This document shows positions 62,308 to 64,000 of a DNA stretch of 64,000 bases, piece after piece. The notes beneath the pieces are model-generated. The model was not told the origin of the DNA. It saw only the letters and a list, made by a program, of their open reading frames with translations, and did no database searches. The translations under genes were made by a program, and so were the position numbers. The stretch is from Christensenellales bacterium (GTDB lineage: Bacteria > Bacillota > Clostridia > Christensenellales > JBMNTT01). Each line of letters begins with the position of its first letter. Position 1 is the first letter of the stretch. The stretch is taken from NCBI GenBank assembly GCA_050945875.1, contig JBMNTT010000004.1, positions 8,238 to 72,237 of the forward strand, given 5' to 3'.

Positions 62308-62553
62308 ATGAACGCGAAAGAGGCCGTCGCCCGGCGCATTGAGCAGCTTTGTCGCCAACGGCGTATGACGATCCATGAGGTGGCCATGCGGGCGGGCATG
62401 TCGGCTTCGACGGTGTACAGCACGCTCAACCGCAAAAGCCTCAATCCCGGCGTGATCACCATTCAGATGATCTGCGAGGGGTTGGGTGTCACCGTGCGCG
62501 AATTTTTCGACGACCCGCTCTTTGATAACCTGGAGTTGCCTGAGGACAAGTGA
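62308..62553 (+). CDS. XRE family helix-turn-helix transcriptional regulator
   Basis: 81 aa with the HTH MTIHEVAMRAGMSASTVYSTLN. Confidence 0.85.
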   Translation: MNAKEAVARRIEQLCRQRRMTIHEVAMRAGMSASTVYSTLNRKSLNPGVITIQMICEGLGVTVREFFDDPLFDNLELPEDK

Positions 62554-62581
62554 ATTTTGAGTTAAGATAATAGGAAAACGA

Positions 62582-63001
62582 TTATTGGCCTGAACGTTTT
62601 TTGCGTAGAGAGTCCATCGCAATCTGATTAAATTTCTCTTTAATCTCAGGACTGTCAGCAATTCCACCACAAATCTGTTCCAGTACACTCCCCATTGCGC
62701 CGGACATAGCGGTATTCATTGCTGCCTTTTCCTGGCGTGCAATCGCATTTTCATGCTCTAAGCGGATAATCTCCATCTTATGTTCATGATTCTTTTGCAT
62801 GGTTTCCAATTCAAGCCTATACTTCTTCTCAAGTTCATCAATGTCGATTTCATGCTTTCGCATTAGTTTCTCCAGATCATATTTATTACTTTCTTGTAAC
62901 TGCAACAACTCTTTCTTTGATTGCTTTCTTGCGATCCAAACCGAGCTTACTATTGAAGCAACACCTGTAACGATTGCTGTAAGGATATTTTCCCAGTACA
63001 T
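62582..63001 (-). CDS. Hypothetical membrane-anchored coiled-coil protein on a low-GC islet
   Basis: 139 aa with an N-terminal TM (ILTAIVTGVASIVSSVWIA) followed by a Lys/Glu-rich heptad-like region. The segment is AT-rich. Confidence 0.6.
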   Translation of the reverse strand: MYWENILTAIVTGVASIVSSVWIARKQSKKELLQLQESNKYDLEKLMRKHEIDIDELEKKYRLELETMQKNHEHKMEIIRLEHENAIARQEKAAMNTAMSGAMGSVLEQICGGIADSPEIKEKFNQIAMDSLRKKRSGQ

Positions 63002-63122
63002 ATGCTCAACCTCCAGTAGATTTGTTTATAGTGTACTCCAAATGGCACCTTATGCGCAATTTGTAGGGTCTACTATTTAAAGGGTAGAAAACCTTCCTCA
63101 ATAGCTCTTTACTCCACATACC

Positions 63123-63605
63123 TCACTCTTTGACCAGCTCCACGGCCTGTTTGCCGGTCATGTGCTCCACGGTCACGGCGACCATGGCGGTCTTTTCCCA
63201 GAAGCGGTCGATCTCCCGCTGGTGGCCCTCGGCCTGCTCGGGGCAGTAGCGCTGCGCCAGCAGGTGCAGGGCGCGCCGCTTTTCCGCCGGATCGGCGACC
63301 ACCCGGGCCCGGCCGAAGCAGATGACGCTGGCGAAGTGGGTGGTGTACGCCTCGGGGATCACCTCGTCCCGGTCGATGACGCAGAAGGACACCTTGTCGC
63401 TGCGGGCGATGGCGTCGAGCTTGTGCCCGGCCTGGGCGCAGTGGAAGTAGATGATTCCCTCGCGGTAGACATAGCTCAGCGGCACGGCGTAGGGGTAGCC
63501 GTCGTCCCCGCTGGCGGCCAGCACCCCGGCGGTGCCCCGGGCCAGGATAGCGGCGCACGCCTCGGGGGTCAGGGCCTGCCGGGCCCGGCGCATGGGTCTG
63601 AACAT
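63123..63605 (-). CDS. Pyridoxamine 5'-phosphate oxidase family protein (NimA-like)
   Basis: Track ORF trimmed to MFRPMRRARQAL (GAGGTG RBS). It shows a split-barrel pattern (YPYAVPLSYVY...IYFHCA). Confidence 0.83.
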   Translation of the reverse strand: MFRPMRRARQALTPEACAAILARGTAGVLAASGDDGYPYAVPLSYVYREGIIYFHCAQAGHKLDAIARSDKVSFCVIDRDEVIPEAYTTHFASVICFGRARVVADPAEKRRALHLLAQRYCPEQAEGHQREIDRFWEKTAMVAVTVEHMTGKQAVELVKE

Positions 63606-63704
63606 GGGCAGCACCTCGCTTTTGAAGAATGATGCATCTTTCCACGCCGAGCCGGGGGAATCCTGCCGGCGCATACCCCACCCCACGGGCGGGCATGCTA
63701 GCCC

Positions 63705-63759
63705 TTGACAGATGGGAAAAGGGATGGTACGCTATAGATACCCCCCCAGGGAGGGGGTG
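63705..63759 (+). promoter_or_regulatory. copA promoter with CsoR-type GC-rich pseudo-palindrome
   Basis: TTGACA at 63705-63710, 17-bp spacer, TACGCT. TACCCCC-N7-GGGGGTG follows at 63739-63759. Confidence 0.45.
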
Positions 63760-63777
63760 TTAGGAGGTGCGTGCGCG

Positions 63778-64000
63778 ATGCGCAAAACCATGTTTGACGT
63801 AACCGGTATGACCTGCTCGGCCTGCTCCGCCCATGTGGAGAAGGCGGTGCGGGGCACGGCGGGGGTGGCCGAGGTGTCGGTCAACCTGCTGCGCAACCAG
63901 ATGCTGGTGCAATACGACGAGGCGGCGGTGGACGAGGGCGGCATCATCGCCGCGGTGGAGCGGTCGGGCTACGGGGCCAGCGTGCGGGGCGGGGGTCCGT
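63778..64000 (+). CDS. copA: Heavy-metal (copper) translocating P-type ATPase, N-terminal HMA domain; partial at the window edge
   Basis: My translation gives MRKTMFDVTGMTCSACSAHVEKAVRGTAGVAEVSVNLL..., which contains the GMTCxxC metal-binding motif. An AGGAGG RBS lies upstream. Confidence 0.85.
   Translation, partial: MRKTMFDVTGMTCSACSAHVEKAVRGTAGVAEVSVNLLRNQMLVQYDEAAVDEGGIIAAVERSGYGASVRGGGP

Noticed and set aside
62176-62688. Upstream 171 codons of the 259-aa minus-strand track ORF
   Set aside because: They are antisense to the well-supported XRE gene and cross the divergent control region. The conserved paralogous protein starts at 62175 with a GGAGG RBS.

Overview
The window looks like a very GC-rich Gram-positive anaerobe chromosome; the gene content is Clostridia/Oscillospiraceae-like, which is inference only. 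It has two compositional parts. (1) Positions 1 to about 13,010 are visibly lower in GC and look like a mosaic accessory island ending at the 3' end of a tRNA-Ser(GCU) gene. The island carries four modules. First, a thiol/Fe-S redox module: DUF134 and DUF5320 genes, a truncated CoA-disulfide-reductase remnant, a DUF6132-like gene, a Crp/Fnr regulator, a GNAT, TrxB, two thioredoxins, and a ferredoxin / NapH-like membrane protein / ferredoxin trio. Second, two overlapping large serine recombinases bracketed by a duplicated leader of about 72 nt. Third, a sigma-like HTH/zinc-ribbon gene. Fourth, a Zur-type regulator with a ZnuABC-like zinc uptake operon. (2) Positions from about 13.1 kb to 64 kb are GC-rich core genome: an esterase; a GldAFG-like ABC system with a DUF4340 protein; a cation:proton antiporter with a structured leader; a TPP-riboswitch thiC-thiM-thiE-HAD-thiD operon; a divergent AraC / ADP-ribosylglycohydrolase pair; DUF3825; the pstSCAB-phoU-phoPR block; a T-box-controlled short AlaRS; corA; murA; a MarR / exporter pair; MBL-rlmH-tadA-GNAT; an alanine:cation symporter; a ComB-like / COG1900 / NIL-ferredoxin / COG2122 sulfur-assimilation cluster; a two-component system with a MacB-type ABC pump; a MATE pump; a sugar isomerase/kinase pair; a Nim-like protein; and the start of copA. 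Two small low-GC islets sit in the core (DUF3800 at about 35.9-37.2 kb, a coiled-coil membrane protein at about 62.56-63.1 kb), each beside a paralog of the same small helical protein. At least seven unrelated GC-rich tandem-repeat arrays occur at operon ends. I found no CRISPR array, rRNA or clear prophage structural genes. The best candidates for undescribed biology are the mobile redox module with its CATATG-centred operator set, the duplicated covarying leader around the recombinases, the iteron-like TGAAAC array at the island/tRNA junction, and the low-GC islets. All functional calls rest on motif and family recognition by eye, not on database searches.
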